Part shown: one piece after another, positions 19,205 through 28,600 of the stretch
Layout: each line of letters opens with the position of its first letter
Numbering within the stretch: the first letter of the stretch is position 1
Source of the DNA: a virus
Lineage: Duplodnaviria; Caudoviricetes
Virus record (IMG/VR): IMGVR_UViG_3300030012_003336
Coordinates: 1-60,601 of that record
Strand: one strand, 5' to 3'
Length of the DNA: 60,601 bases
The notes under the pieces: model-generated
The model's input: the letters and a program-made list of their open reading frames with translations, nothing else
Told to the model about the DNA's origin: nothing
Database searches by the model: none
Program-made: the position numbers and the translations under genes

Positions 19205-19258
19205 GGGGCACGCGCGGGCCGTGAGCCTGGCAAATGCCTGGCGCGTTGCGCTTTTTGC

Positions 19259-19287
19259 TTGTTCAATTCTTTCCTGGCGGGTATAGT
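19259..19287 (+). promoter_or_regulatory. Early promoter (leaderless type)
   Basis: TTGTTC-17-TATAGT, 8 nt before ATG 19296. Confidence 0.75.
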
Positions 19288-19295
19288 TCCCGCGT

Positions 19296-19508
19296 ATGAA
19301 TGACATGACCCTACTCCCGGCATACGGGAGAGATTACACAAGCCGGGCAAAAGTTCTGGCAGATTGGAACGCGGAAAAGGATTTTATCATTGCGGATATT
19401 TCCTCCCCGTATGATGGGAAGCCAGTTAATAAACAACAACTCGCCAAGGGAACGCGGGTGCAATTTCGCTACGCTCGGAATCTGAAAACATTTGTCCTTG
19501 CCATATGA
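19296..19508 (+). CDS. Small phage hypothetical protein
   Basis: 70 aa, PAYGRDY..ADW...KDF motif; ATGA overlap with the next gene. Confidence 0.75.
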   Translation: MNDMTLLPAYGRDYTSRAKVLADWNAEKDFIIADISSPYDGKPVNKQQLAKGTRVQFRYARNLKTFVLAI

Positions 19509-20386
19509 AAATTACCCAAAAGGTTTTACTTTCCGTCGCCCGGGAATTGATACGGGGAAAAACTAAACGCGCGGAAAAAATAGTTGCCAGCCTGCCGGCC
19601 GGTAGTTCCGCGTCGTGGTCTGGAGTATTTCAGAAGCTGATAAACCAAGCGAAGGCGCTTGAATCCGGCACCCTTGAACGGGGCGCATTCTCGATATTCG
19701 CAAAGGGAAACAGTAAGCTTCCGTTCTGGAGCTTTTCAAGCATGGCGGTTCTCGACTGTCCCGGCCGGGGAGATTGCGCGGGGTGGTGTTACAGTCTGAA
19801 ATCATGGCGCAACCCCAACGCAGCCGGGCGGCAAATCTCCAATAGCATGATTTTGCGCTACGCGTGCGGCCGGGATTTGATCCGGCGAGAGTTTGCCAAG
19901 CTGAAAACGGAGACGGTTCGCCTGTATGTCGACGGAGATTTCCCGGATAAAGAAACCCTCGCCTTTTGGATGGACACCATACGCACGCGCCCCGAGGTGT
20001 CCGTCTATGGCTATTCGAAAAGCTGGGTTGAGTTTATGGCATTACAGCTTTCCGGTTTCGATTGGCCTGCCAACTATCTACTGAATCTTTCCGGCGGATC
20101 CCGGCACCCGGAGCCCCTACGCGCGGCAATGGAATCTTTACCCGTAACACGCGGGGAATTCTTAGCCGTGCCAGTGGACCGGGAGCATCTTAAAAACCAC
20201 GCTTACCAATCCCGCCGGAACGTGGGTTTCCGGTCCTATGCAAAGCAGGTGCGGGAAAACTCCCCGCGTTCCGTCTTTGTATGCTCCGGAACTTGTGGCG
20301 ATTGTCTCACCATCCGCGGGGAGAATGTCCACGCGTGCGGATTTGAAGGCATGAGAGGGAAGGCAATCGCAATCGGAACCCATTGA
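19505..20386 (+). CDS. Gp88-like Cys-rich (radical-SAM-like Fe-S) protein
   Basis: GNSKL, CPGRGDCAGWCY, RLYVDGDF, YGYSK, C-terminal CSGTCGDC..C..IAIGTH. Confidence 0.75.
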   Translation: MKITQKVLLSVARELIRGKTKRAEKIVASLPAGSSASWSGVFQKLINQAKALESGTLERGAFSIFAKGNSKLPFWSFSSMAVLDCPGRGDCAGWCYSLKSWRNPNAAGRQISNSMILRYACGRDLIRREFAKLKTETVRLYVDGDFPDKETLAFWMDTIRTRPEVSVYGYSKSWVEFMALQLSGFDWPANYLLNLSGGSRHPEPLRAAMESLPVTRGEFLAVPVDREHLKNHAYQSRRNVGFRSYAKQVRENSPRSVFVCSGTCGDCLTIRGENVHACGFEGMRGKAIAIGTH

Positions 20387-20464
20387 TTAAATGAGAATCC
20401 TTAGCTTTCTGATTTCCCTTTTCTTTCTCCTGTTTGCTTTTCACATTGGGATTTCCTTTCTGTC

Positions 20465-20770
20465 ATGGCTGTGGAATTGACAACCGCTGCCGCTATCCTC
20501 GAGGCTATGAATATTGACACGGGCGACGTTGCGCGTGTCCACTTGGGGCGCGGGGAAATGGCATTGGCGGAAATCTGGCAACCGCTCCCGGAAGACTGGA
20601 CACGGCCCCCGGCGGAATGGCGGGGAGATACCCCAGAGGATCCGCTCGGAAAAACCCCGCCGGAAAAAATGGTCATGATCCGCTTTGAGGGCTCCCGGGA
20701 TTGGGAGCCTTGCTCTGTGCATGATGTCTCGCCATACGATCCGGTCTGGCATGATCGCCCCGCCTGGTAA
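20465..20770 (+). CDS. Early hypothetical protein
   Basis: 101-aa ATG ORF. Confidence 0.55.
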   Translation: MAVELTTAAAILEAMNIDTGDVARVHLGRGEMALAEIWQPLPEDWTRPPAEWRGDTPEDPLGKTPPEKMVMIRFEGSRDWEPCSVHDVSPYDPVWHDRPAW

Positions 20771-20848
20771 TCCTGGCACCCTGCACCCGGAAGCCGGGCT
20801 CCGGACTCCGGGCCCTGGCATTCCTGGCCCCGCCGCTGGTGGGCACCC

Positions 20849-20916
20849 GCGCGATGACCGGCGCGATGACCGGCGCATGACCGGCGCATGACCGGCGCAT
20901 GACCGGCGCATGACCG
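20849..20916. repeat. Non-coding tandem repeat
   Basis: GCGCGATGACCG x2 then GCGCATGACCG x4. Confidence 0.95.
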
Positions 20917-20964
20917 GCGGACCACTCGCCTGGCAAGCCTGGAAAAAAAAGATGCAGAAAGAAA

Positions 20965-20993
20965 TGGACAACACCTTATGGGCACGGTAGCGT
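20965..20993 (+). promoter_or_regulatory. Early promoter (leaderless type)
   Basis: TGGACA-17-TAGCGT, 9 nt before ATG 21003, A-tract upstream. Confidence 0.6.
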
Positions 20994-21002
20994 CTTCCCC
21001 GT

Positions 21003-21377
21003 ATGAAAGACCAACCACCGGCCATCGGCCACAAGCAGGCGACCCTTCGCACCCCCATCGTTCTCCCCCTCATCCATCCCAACGGTAATGATCGGGAGAC
21101 TCTCCGCGCCCAATACGCGAAAGCCGACAACCACCTAGCCGACGCTCGCGAGGCCTTCAACAAAATCGAATTCCACCCGCGCGACTACTACCCGCTAGGG
21201 CAAGATGCCATCGCGGTAAGTAGCGCAGCACGCGCCGCAATCCATGCCGCCTTCGACATTATCGAAGCGTATCTGGAAGAGCACACTCTGGCCCTCACCC
21301 TGCCTGAGGAACCCCGCACCATCAAAGAGATGCGCGTGGGATATGCCCTGCCGGAAGACGAGCCTGCTACCCTCTAG
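21003..21377 (+). CDS. Phage hypothetical protein
   Basis: 124 aa, PLIHPNG..HPRDYYP motif. Confidence 0.75.
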   Translation: MKDQPPAIGHKQATLRTPIVLPLIHPNGNDRETLRAQYAKADNHLADAREAFNKIEFHPRDYYPLGQDAIAVSSAARAAIHAAFDIIEAYLEEHTLALTLPEEPRTIKEMRVGYALPEDEPATL

Positions 21378-21381
21378 TTTC

Positions 21382-21627
21382 ATGGACTCTTACAGTGAGA
21401 ACCAAGTTTACATCCGGACAGCGGACAAGATCGTTAATCGTGTTCGCGTATGGCAGGCCAACCAAGGCAGAGCTAATGAGCGTGCCGCTCGCGAGGTCAA
21501 GCTGGACGCATCCGCCGAGCTATATCAGGAGATACGGAATCACATTAGATCTCTCGACGTTCCCGTGGTGGACCGCTTCGCTCTGCTTACCCAAGTGAAA
21601 AAGCTAGTAGAACTCGCCAACCTCTAA
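21382..21627 (+). CDS. Hypothetical protein
   Basis: ATG 21382 (MDSYSENQ), 4 nt after the upstream stop. Confidence 0.65.
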   Translation: MDSYSENQVYIRTADKIVNRVRVWQANQGRANERAAREVKLDASAELYQEIRNHIRSLDVPVVDRFALLTQVKKLVELANL

Positions 21628-21631
21628 ACCA

Positions 21632-21814
21632 ATGCCCCGCGACAGCGAATCTTTCAGCCAGTTCTTTGCCGATGTCGTCTATCAAGACGAGCGGACGAGG
21701 ACAAACCGGCTCCCGGATGAGGAGCGCACGACCGAGGCGCTCGTAGAAATCGGCTCCGCGTGCAAGATCCTGCCTAGTGCGGCCCCGCAACAATTATCCC
21801 GTGCAGTAGATTAA
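21632..21814 (+). CDS. Hypothetical protein
   Basis: 60 aa, packed in operon. Confidence 0.55.
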   Translation: MPRDSESFSQFFADVVYQDERTRTNRLPDEERTTEALVEIGSACKILPSAAPQQLSRAVD

Positions 21815-21833
21815 ACCACCAACACCATATAGA

Positions 21834-22478
21834 ATGATACCACCAATACCTGACATAGAAGAAAGCGCCGAAGGCGTTAAGAAATATCTAGCGTGGCTCT
21901 GGAAGAGCCCGTTTCAATACCACCTCGACGATGACCCTATGGATATAGAATTCAATGCCCTCGGCGTTCATAATTCTCGATCCGTGGATCCGTGGCGGCG
22001 GCGGTTGTCAGAGAATCACACGGCTCTGAATTCCCTCGCTAAGATTCACGGCATTGATTTGTGGGCACACTACGCCAAGACCGTGACTCCGGCCACGTTC
22101 AGCTTAGGCGATGGGCCTGATAGGCTAATCGTTAACGGCTACCACCAGCCGGAGGTCAAGTGGAATGGGTGGGAGTGTCCCTACTTTACCAAGGAAGATG
22201 CCGACAAGATCGTGGAGAGCATGGGGCATAGTGGATTGTGGTTCGATGGCAACTACGACAGTGGATCCGGACTCCGGATCAGGGCATACGTGTCCTTGAT
22301 CGGGATCGAAGAAGATGATCTAGCGGTTGAAGGTCCTGACCTTTACGAGGGCGAAGATGTTCTGACACCGGACGGCCTGCGAGAAGTATTCCCAGTAGGC
22401 TCACAGTGGTGGACATGGGAGCTTGCCGGTCAAGATGAAGAGGCTATCCGCCGCCGTGGAATCCAGAACCAAGCGTGA
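21834..22478 (+). CDS. Hypothetical protein
   Basis: 214 aa, WNGWECPYFT motif. Confidence 0.75.
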   Translation: MIPPIPDIEESAEGVKKYLAWLWKSPFQYHLDDDPMDIEFNALGVHNSRSVDPWRRRLSENHTALNSLAKIHGIDLWAHYAKTVTPATFSLGDGPDRLIVNGYHQPEVKWNGWECPYFTKEDADKIVESMGHSGLWFDGNYDSGSGLRIRAYVSLIGIEEDDLAVEGPDLYEGEDVLTPDGLREVFPVGSQWWTWELAGQDEEAIRRRGIQNQA

Positions 22479-22480
22479 TC

Positions 22481-22651
22481 ATGTTTGATATCAGAGATCT
22501 ATTTGAACAGGCACGCCCCAAGGATATGCCCAGTGCTGAGAAGATTCGTCGTGTCCTTCAGGACATCCGCGAATCCCAGCACGACGGCCCTCGTTCCGGG
22601 ATCCTCAATGCCGACGAACTTGAAGACCAAATCCAAGACCATGACAGTTAA
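22481..22651 (+). CDS. Hypothetical protein (56 aa, not in ORF track)
   Basis: MFDIRDLFEQ...; fills the gap and overlaps the next ATG. Confidence 0.55.
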   Translation: MFDIRDLFEQARPKDMPSAEKIRRVLQDIRESQHDGPRSGILNADELEDQIQDHDS

Positions 22652-23486
22652 AGAACGCTACGAAGAATTCATTGGCGGCGCGGCCCACGTTACCCTGCCT
22701 GAATTGATGACCCTCCTCAGACTCCCTGGCGATAAGCTAGCTGACCTGGAAAGCGAACTGTTCGCAGACTTCCAGCCGGGCGAGATTGATTCCGCGTATA
22801 TGTATCCCGGCAACTATTACTTGTTGGGTAACCACAACCCGCCACTATGGGTGGCGCATATTGACAACGCGATCTACAAATCCAAGAAGTTCTCAGACCT
22901 CGAGCCTATGCTCTTCGAGCATTCGCGCGAGGATGGCTACGACATACCCATGGAGTTCCTGCACAAATATGCCGTGCGGGAGATTCACAAATGGGAAGAC
23001 TGGCAGGAGGAACCGGGCAACAGTCCGTGCCTTCTTTATTTCCCCAACAAGAATAACTTCCACGGCTTGGAAGCATTTCAATACTGGGAGGATCGCCATG
23101 TCGCAATCGGCGGGCTCAACGAGCGCACCGAGTATGTCCTACTTGACGGGCCCCGTGACCTACGCAATGTCGTGACAAGGGAACACGTTCGTCCGGGCAA
23201 CAAGCCAACCCGCCAGCTAATCTGGGTGTCGTCATGCGCGGATGTCTTCAAGGGCTACGGGCTGACGGCTACAGGGTATACGCAAGAAGAAGCGGAAGAC
23301 GCTTTGTGGTTTGAGTATATGCGTAAGGCCCCCAGCCGGAATGAAAAGTTCCCCAACATCGAGCGCCTACGCGAATACTATGGGATCCACACTCGAGCCT
23401 ACGAGATTGGCAAAGGGTATATGGGAGACGACGACTTCGACGTTAAGGACAACGAAATCAAATCAATTGGCAAAAGTTATGTCTAA
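22641..23486 (+). CDS. Hypothetical protein
   Basis: ATG 22641 preferred to TTG 22485. Confidence 0.75.
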   Translation: MTVKERYEEFIGGAAHVTLPELMTLLRLPGDKLADLESELFADFQPGEIDSAYMYPGNYYLLGNHNPPLWVAHIDNAIYKSKKFSDLEPMLFEHSREDGYDIPMEFLHKYAVREIHKWEDWQEEPGNSPCLLYFPNKNNFHGLEAFQYWEDRHVAIGGLNERTEYVLLDGPRDLRNVVTREHVRPGNKPTRQLIWVSSCADVFKGYGLTATGYTQEEAEDALWFEYMRKAPSRNEKFPNIERLREYYGIHTRAYEIGKGYMGDDDFDVKDNEIKSIGKSYV

Positions 23487-23787
23487 AGGATCGAAACTGG
23501 ACACCCATCTGGTCTACACCTACGTCTTTTGTATTGGCAGATACAAACCCCAGCGAGTGGAAGTTTACCGAGACACTCCAGAGCAGAAGTGCTACACTGA
23601 GGACGACGGCTTCCGGCTCTCTGAGCCTCTCGAGGTTATCGAGCATTCTCGTAAGGATGTTATTCTCAAGCGTCTCAGGGAACTGGATGTTCCACGGGAT
23701 CAGCTCAAGGATCTCAGTTGGATGATGTCTCAAAAGGAGGCCGCCATCATCCACCCTGACAAAATCGTGCAAACAAGATTCTTGTAG
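23479..23787 (+). CDS. Hypothetical protein
   Basis: ATG 23479 overlaps the upstream stop. Confidence 0.65.
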   Translation: MSKGSKLDTHLVYTYVFCIGRYKPQRVEVYRDTPEQKCYTEDDGFRLSEPLEVIEHSRKDVILKRLRELDVPRDQLKDLSWMMSQKEAAIIHPDKIVQTRFL

Positions 23788-23888
23788 ATCGTGAGTAAAT
23801 TTGCCGGTGGTCCGGGCATGGTGTGCAGGGAGATCCTGCAACGGGTTTGCAATGCCTATATGAAACACCCGGTCCACCGGCTCTTGAT

Positions 23889-25196
23889 ATGAAGACACTA
23901 TTCCCCAAGCAACAGGGGGCGCTTGACTTCTTTGATCGCGCCCACGACAACGGGCACAATACGCTAGATCAATCTGACACCGGCACTGGTAAGACAGTGG
24001 TGGCTGTGAAGCTGGCGAAGCGCCAAGGGAAACCCCTCGCCGTCATATGCCCGAAGGCTGTCATCCCTGCATGGAGGCAGGAGCTAGCAGAAGAGGGCAT
24101 CGAGGCAACCTTCATCCTGAATCTGGAAGCTCTACGCGGTGGCCGGAAGCAGTGGGTAACTAAGACCGGCAAGAAAACATACCGCTGGAATCTGGAACCC
24201 GGAACCCTGGTCTTTGTAGACGAGATCCATAAATGCAAAGGCCCGTTCTCGCAAGCCGCTGGCCTGCTGGTGGCCTTGGTGAAGCAGGGCTACAGCATAC
24301 ATGGCATGAGCGGGACAAGCTGCGAGGATCCGACTGAGATGCGTCCGTTGGGTTTGATGCTCAAGCTCCACTCTGGTGACCAGCGCAAGGAAGGATATAA
24401 GATGTGGTGGCCGTGGATGCAGGAGTATGGATGCCGCCGCAATCACTTCAAATCGTGGGAGCTAGCAGACCGCAGTAAGCTGAAGTATCTGCGACAGATC
24501 ATGTATGCGACGACTACGCACCGGCTATCGGTGGATGACTTCCCGGACTCATTCAAGCTGAACAGGATATTCGTTCAGCCGATGGAGTTCAAAGAGAATA
24601 AGAAGATTGTAAAAGCCTACGAGGAACTGGGGCTCACCGCCGAGATCATCGAAGACTACATCGAGAACGGAACCGTGACTGACACGGGGCATATTCTCTC
24701 GGACATAACGCGAGCCCGGCGGCTGGCAGAGGCCCTGAAGGTCCCGGACATATGCGACCTTGCCAAAGATTTGCGAGATGAAGGCAACTCGATAGTCATA
24801 TTTGTTAACTATTCAGAAACCATCGACGGCATACAGGACATCCTTGAGTGCCCTAAGATCGACGGGCGGCAAGACGCGGAGGAACGTCAGCGAACAATCG
24901 AGGCTTTCCAAGCCGACGAAGAGCACTGCATCGTGGTTAACTCGGCCGCTGGGGGCACGGGGATATCGCTCCACGACACGCACGGTAACCGGCCTCGGAT
25001 CTCTTTGATAACGCCCTCGTTCTCCTGCAAGACATATATGCAGGTCCTCGGAAGGATCCACCGCAATGGTGGCAAGACCGACGCCATTCAATATGTATTG
25101 GTATCCGAAGGATCTATCGAACAGCAAGTGATGCGCTCAGTAAACCGACGCTTGCAGAATCTAAAAGAATTGCACAATATAGACCCCCATGCCTAA
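23889..25196 (+). CDS. Superfamily 2 helicase
   Basis: TGTGKT, DEIH, SGT, GGTGISL, QVLGRIHR. Confidence 0.92.
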   Translation: MKTLFPKQQGALDFFDRAHDNGHNTLDQSDTGTGKTVVAVKLAKRQGKPLAVICPKAVIPAWRQELAEEGIEATFILNLEALRGGRKQWVTKTGKKTYRWNLEPGTLVFVDEIHKCKGPFSQAAGLLVALVKQGYSIHGMSGTSCEDPTEMRPLGLMLKLHSGDQRKEGYKMWWPWMQEYGCRRNHFKSWELADRSKLKYLRQIMYATTTHRLSVDDFPDSFKLNRIFVQPMEFKENKKIVKAYEELGLTAEIIEDYIENGTVTDTGHILSDITRARRLAEALKVPDICDLAKDLRDEGNSIVIFVNYSETIDGIQDILECPKIDGRQDAEERQRTIEAFQADEEHCIVVNSAAGGTGISLHDTHGNRPRISLITPSFSCKTYMQVLGRIHRNGGKTDAIQYVLVSEGSIEQQVMRSVNRRLQNLKELHNIDPHA

Positions 25197-25434
25197 GAAT
25201 ATTGTCAGAGATGTACAACCGAAGGGAATGCCCTTGTTGACTCAAGGAGAGATTGACCCGGAAGACGGACTCCTGATCTACCATCAGACTGCTGTATATC
25301 CGATCACCCCAGAAGGAACTGTAGGGGCCCGGCTCCCTATGTTTAGAACATTCCCCCCGAACGATTTAGAGCAGGCGATAATGAACCGCCTATCTAATAT
25401 TTACCACGGCAAACCTGTGACCGATGACTGTTGA
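25189..25434 (+). CDS. Hypothetical protein
   Basis: 81 aa, overlaps helicase end. Confidence 0.6.
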   Translation: MPKNIVRDVQPKGMPLLTQGEIDPEDGLLIYHQTAVYPITPEGTVGARLPMFRTFPPNDLEQAIMNRLSNIYHGKPVTDDC

Positions 25435-25603
25435 AGAAAAAGAATACCTGGAAGCTAGACTTGAGACATTGAAGTCTTTCTCTGCGGACACGACGAATCG
25501 CATCAAGATCCTGCAAGAGCGCCGCAAGGAAATCAACCGCGAGTATCGAGGCATCCGGGCCCGGCTCGTCCGCTCAGAGATCGAAGAGGTCGCTGACTGG
25601 TAA
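25424..25603 (+). CDS. Small coiled-coil protein (59 aa, not in ORF track)
   Basis: MTVEEKEYLEARLETLK...; stop abuts the convergent giant gene. Confidence 0.6.
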   Translation: MTVEEKEYLEARLETLKSFSADTTNRIKILQERRKEINREYRGIRARLVRSEIEEVADW

Positions 25604-25605
25604 GC

Positions 25606-28600
25606 TTACTGGTCAATCTCTATAAACCTTGGATCCTGCATTGCAGCTTCCGACAGCGTCCTAAGCCTAGCTTCTCCATTAGGAGTCTGCATTAGATCTC
25701 GTCTCAAGGGTAACGATGGCAGGTATCTTTCTTGAAACCCCTGCCCTGTGAACAATAGCTGTGATCTGGTCTCGCCATACTTTGCTTTCCGCATGGCTCG
25801 ATACATCTCGCCCTCAGACATAAAGGATCCGAACCCACGTATGGCGGTCCTCAGTGCGGAATTGATTTCCAGCATCCGTTCTTTTGTGTCCTTGTAGAGA
25901 TTCACGATTTCTCTATCGGACATTGCTTCGTCCTGTCTTAGCCTATTATACATCCGCCTTGCCCGGCTGTATTCATCCCGGAGGGCGTAGAGGGTTCTTT
26001 CAAACTGTCTCTTAGGATCAACCGGGCGGGATGTAACTGGCATTGCTTCTTGGAATATAAGCCCCATAGGCGAATCTAAGAAGTGCGACTCACCTCCTTC
26101 GACAGCCGTGCGATATGCCTCCATAACTTTCTTAGGAGTTCTTCCCCCGTAGGCTTCCCGTAGAATGTAGCCTAGAGACTTACCAATCTTGCTGTTAAAG
26201 TCTTCAGACTCTTCGTAAATCGGCGCGTCGTTTGAGGCTTGCCTGTTTTCTAAGACATCAAATACAGCTCCCGATAGTATCTGTTGCCCTAAGAATGGGG
26301 CGAACACTCCAGTCATCACGGCCTTCTGCATACCTTCAACTGGCTCTCCTCGGAACAAGTGCTCCATGAATCGGAGCGAGGGATCCGCGATCATGCTAAA
26401 CGGATTCATGTAAGTCAGGTCAAGAGATCTTAGCTGATCTGATCCTGGTCGCTTGAAGTAGAAGAACGTGTGGTTTCTCAGGTAGACGGGAAGAGATGCT
26501 CGTATTGCTTCGTCTTCGTCTTTACCGATCCCGCCGACTACTGCTCTCAGCAATGTAGGAAGGACCATGCTTACTAGACCCACGGTCCCTATAAATCCTG
26601 TTATTCTCTTCCTCCCCCGTGCCCGGATGACCGGGTTATCCGACTTCATTTCCTTCCGCGCGAGACGAATTGTATTCGCGGTGATGCGGGGGATCTCTGC
26701 GGTGAATCGAATGAACGGAGCAAACAGCAATCCAAAATTAGTCTCCGTAGTTATTTTCTTAATAATCGGAAGAGCCCGATCATAGGATTGCGCGGTAGCA
26801 CTTACGATGTCGGCAGCGTCCTGCTCTATCTGAGTATCAGAGGGCGGCGGGTTCTCTTTGTTGAACTTGCCTGTTTTTATATCGTGTGCGCGTGCTTCAA
26901 GCAGGACTTTCTTTTCATGCTCGAAGTAAGCAATCTTGTAGAAAGAATCCATTGCCGATGCGATCCGCCCGAGGTTATCTCTGATTTGTCGTAAAGCGGA
27001 CCCCGTTACGTTAGGGTTCTTGGCCTGCTCCGATAGCTCACTCAGTTTAGCTTGCAAGCTGTTCATGGATTCCTCTCCGCGCATCAGGCGGATCATAATC
27101 TGAGAACGAATCTCGTTGCCGAATACTCCAGTAGCTTCGAGCCGAGATAGGTAAGCGTCCGTATCTCTTACGCTGCCACTGCCGATAGCTCGTCTGAACA
27201 TATCGCCTGCCCCATACTTGCCTCCGATCTTGAGCAATCTAAAGGATCCATAGAATCCTTGGGCGGGACCAAAGAACATAATGTTCGACAGTGCGTTACG
27301 CAGATAGAATCCGAAAGACAGTAGGGTCTTAGCCCCCATTGAATAGCCCGTGAACTTATGCGCGTAACCCATGATGTTGTTCAGGGTCTGCGAGGTGGCG
27401 TCACTCCCTGTCCGGGAGATGGGCTGCATGAGAACTTTGAGTTCTTCTATGATGTCTTCTTTTGCGTAAAGACCTGCAAGGGGGTTGTTACCCATGTCGG
27501 CCTTATCGCTCTTCACTCTTCTATACTTACTGCCTTCGGCAAAGTTATCTTCTTTAAGATCTTCGACTTGTTTCGCGGTGAGCAACCATCCCCCCGCTTG
27601 ACCTTGTGCCTTCAGCTTCTGAAGAAATGACTGGTGCGCGGCGATACGGCTCACCATACCCAACGAGTAAACGAGGTCGTTGACGCTATCTTCTTTGATG
27701 TTGTTTGCCCCCATCAAGTTAGCCAGTGCCTCGGGTAGCTCTCTTCTTTTCTTCAGGTTATCTACAAGAGCTTTGAGACCATCTGATGTACCCTCGATCC
27801 GGATTGCGGAACCCTCTGCCAGGTCAAAGGCATCCGCGAAGTCTCGAGCTGAGTTCGCGCTGCCATAAGCATCGAGGAACTCAATCATCATCTGGTGCCC
27901 TTTGCTAGCGCCCCCGACTTCAGCTTCATCATACAACTGCTTGGCTTGCTGCTCGGCTTCCGAAACAGTGGCTCCCTCTGTGATCAGCCTTTGAGTTTCT
28001 TGAGAGATAAAGACATCCCGCATGAACTGGATTGCAGCCTGTCGTATATTGACGGCCTCCGCTGAATCCGAAGTCTTGATCATCTCAATGTAATCCGGAT
28101 TCATAAACATCTGGTAAGTCCGCGTGATGTAGACCCCCATCTGGTTATCAAACCTCAAATCAACTCCGTCTCCCCCGAACAAAACCTTTGCGGAGGCGGA
28201 CATCTTATCTGTTAAATTACGAAGGTTAAGCACTACGGTGTACACCGATCTGTGCGTATCCTTTAGATATTGTAGTCCTTCATTTCTCTCGGCTTTCGCT
28301 TTCTCTCGAGCTTGCACTCTGAGGTCTTGCATCCCCTCCGCTTGTCGAGTCCTGAGAGCTTCGCGTTGAGTCTCGGCTTCAGCATCATCTATAATGCCTT
28401 GGTCTCTGTTAATTGTTATGACCGCTCTCGCTTGAGCGATGCTATCTTCTAACTCTTTGACACGAGCTTCGTCCGGGACGACGGTTCTGGAACCAGTGGC
28501 CTGTTGCAGCATAGTCCAGAACTTATCGTCAGACGGGGGCACGTTGTCCCCGAACTCTTCTTTCATCGCCTCTTTGTAGCTCTGATAGAAGCGGCCAATC

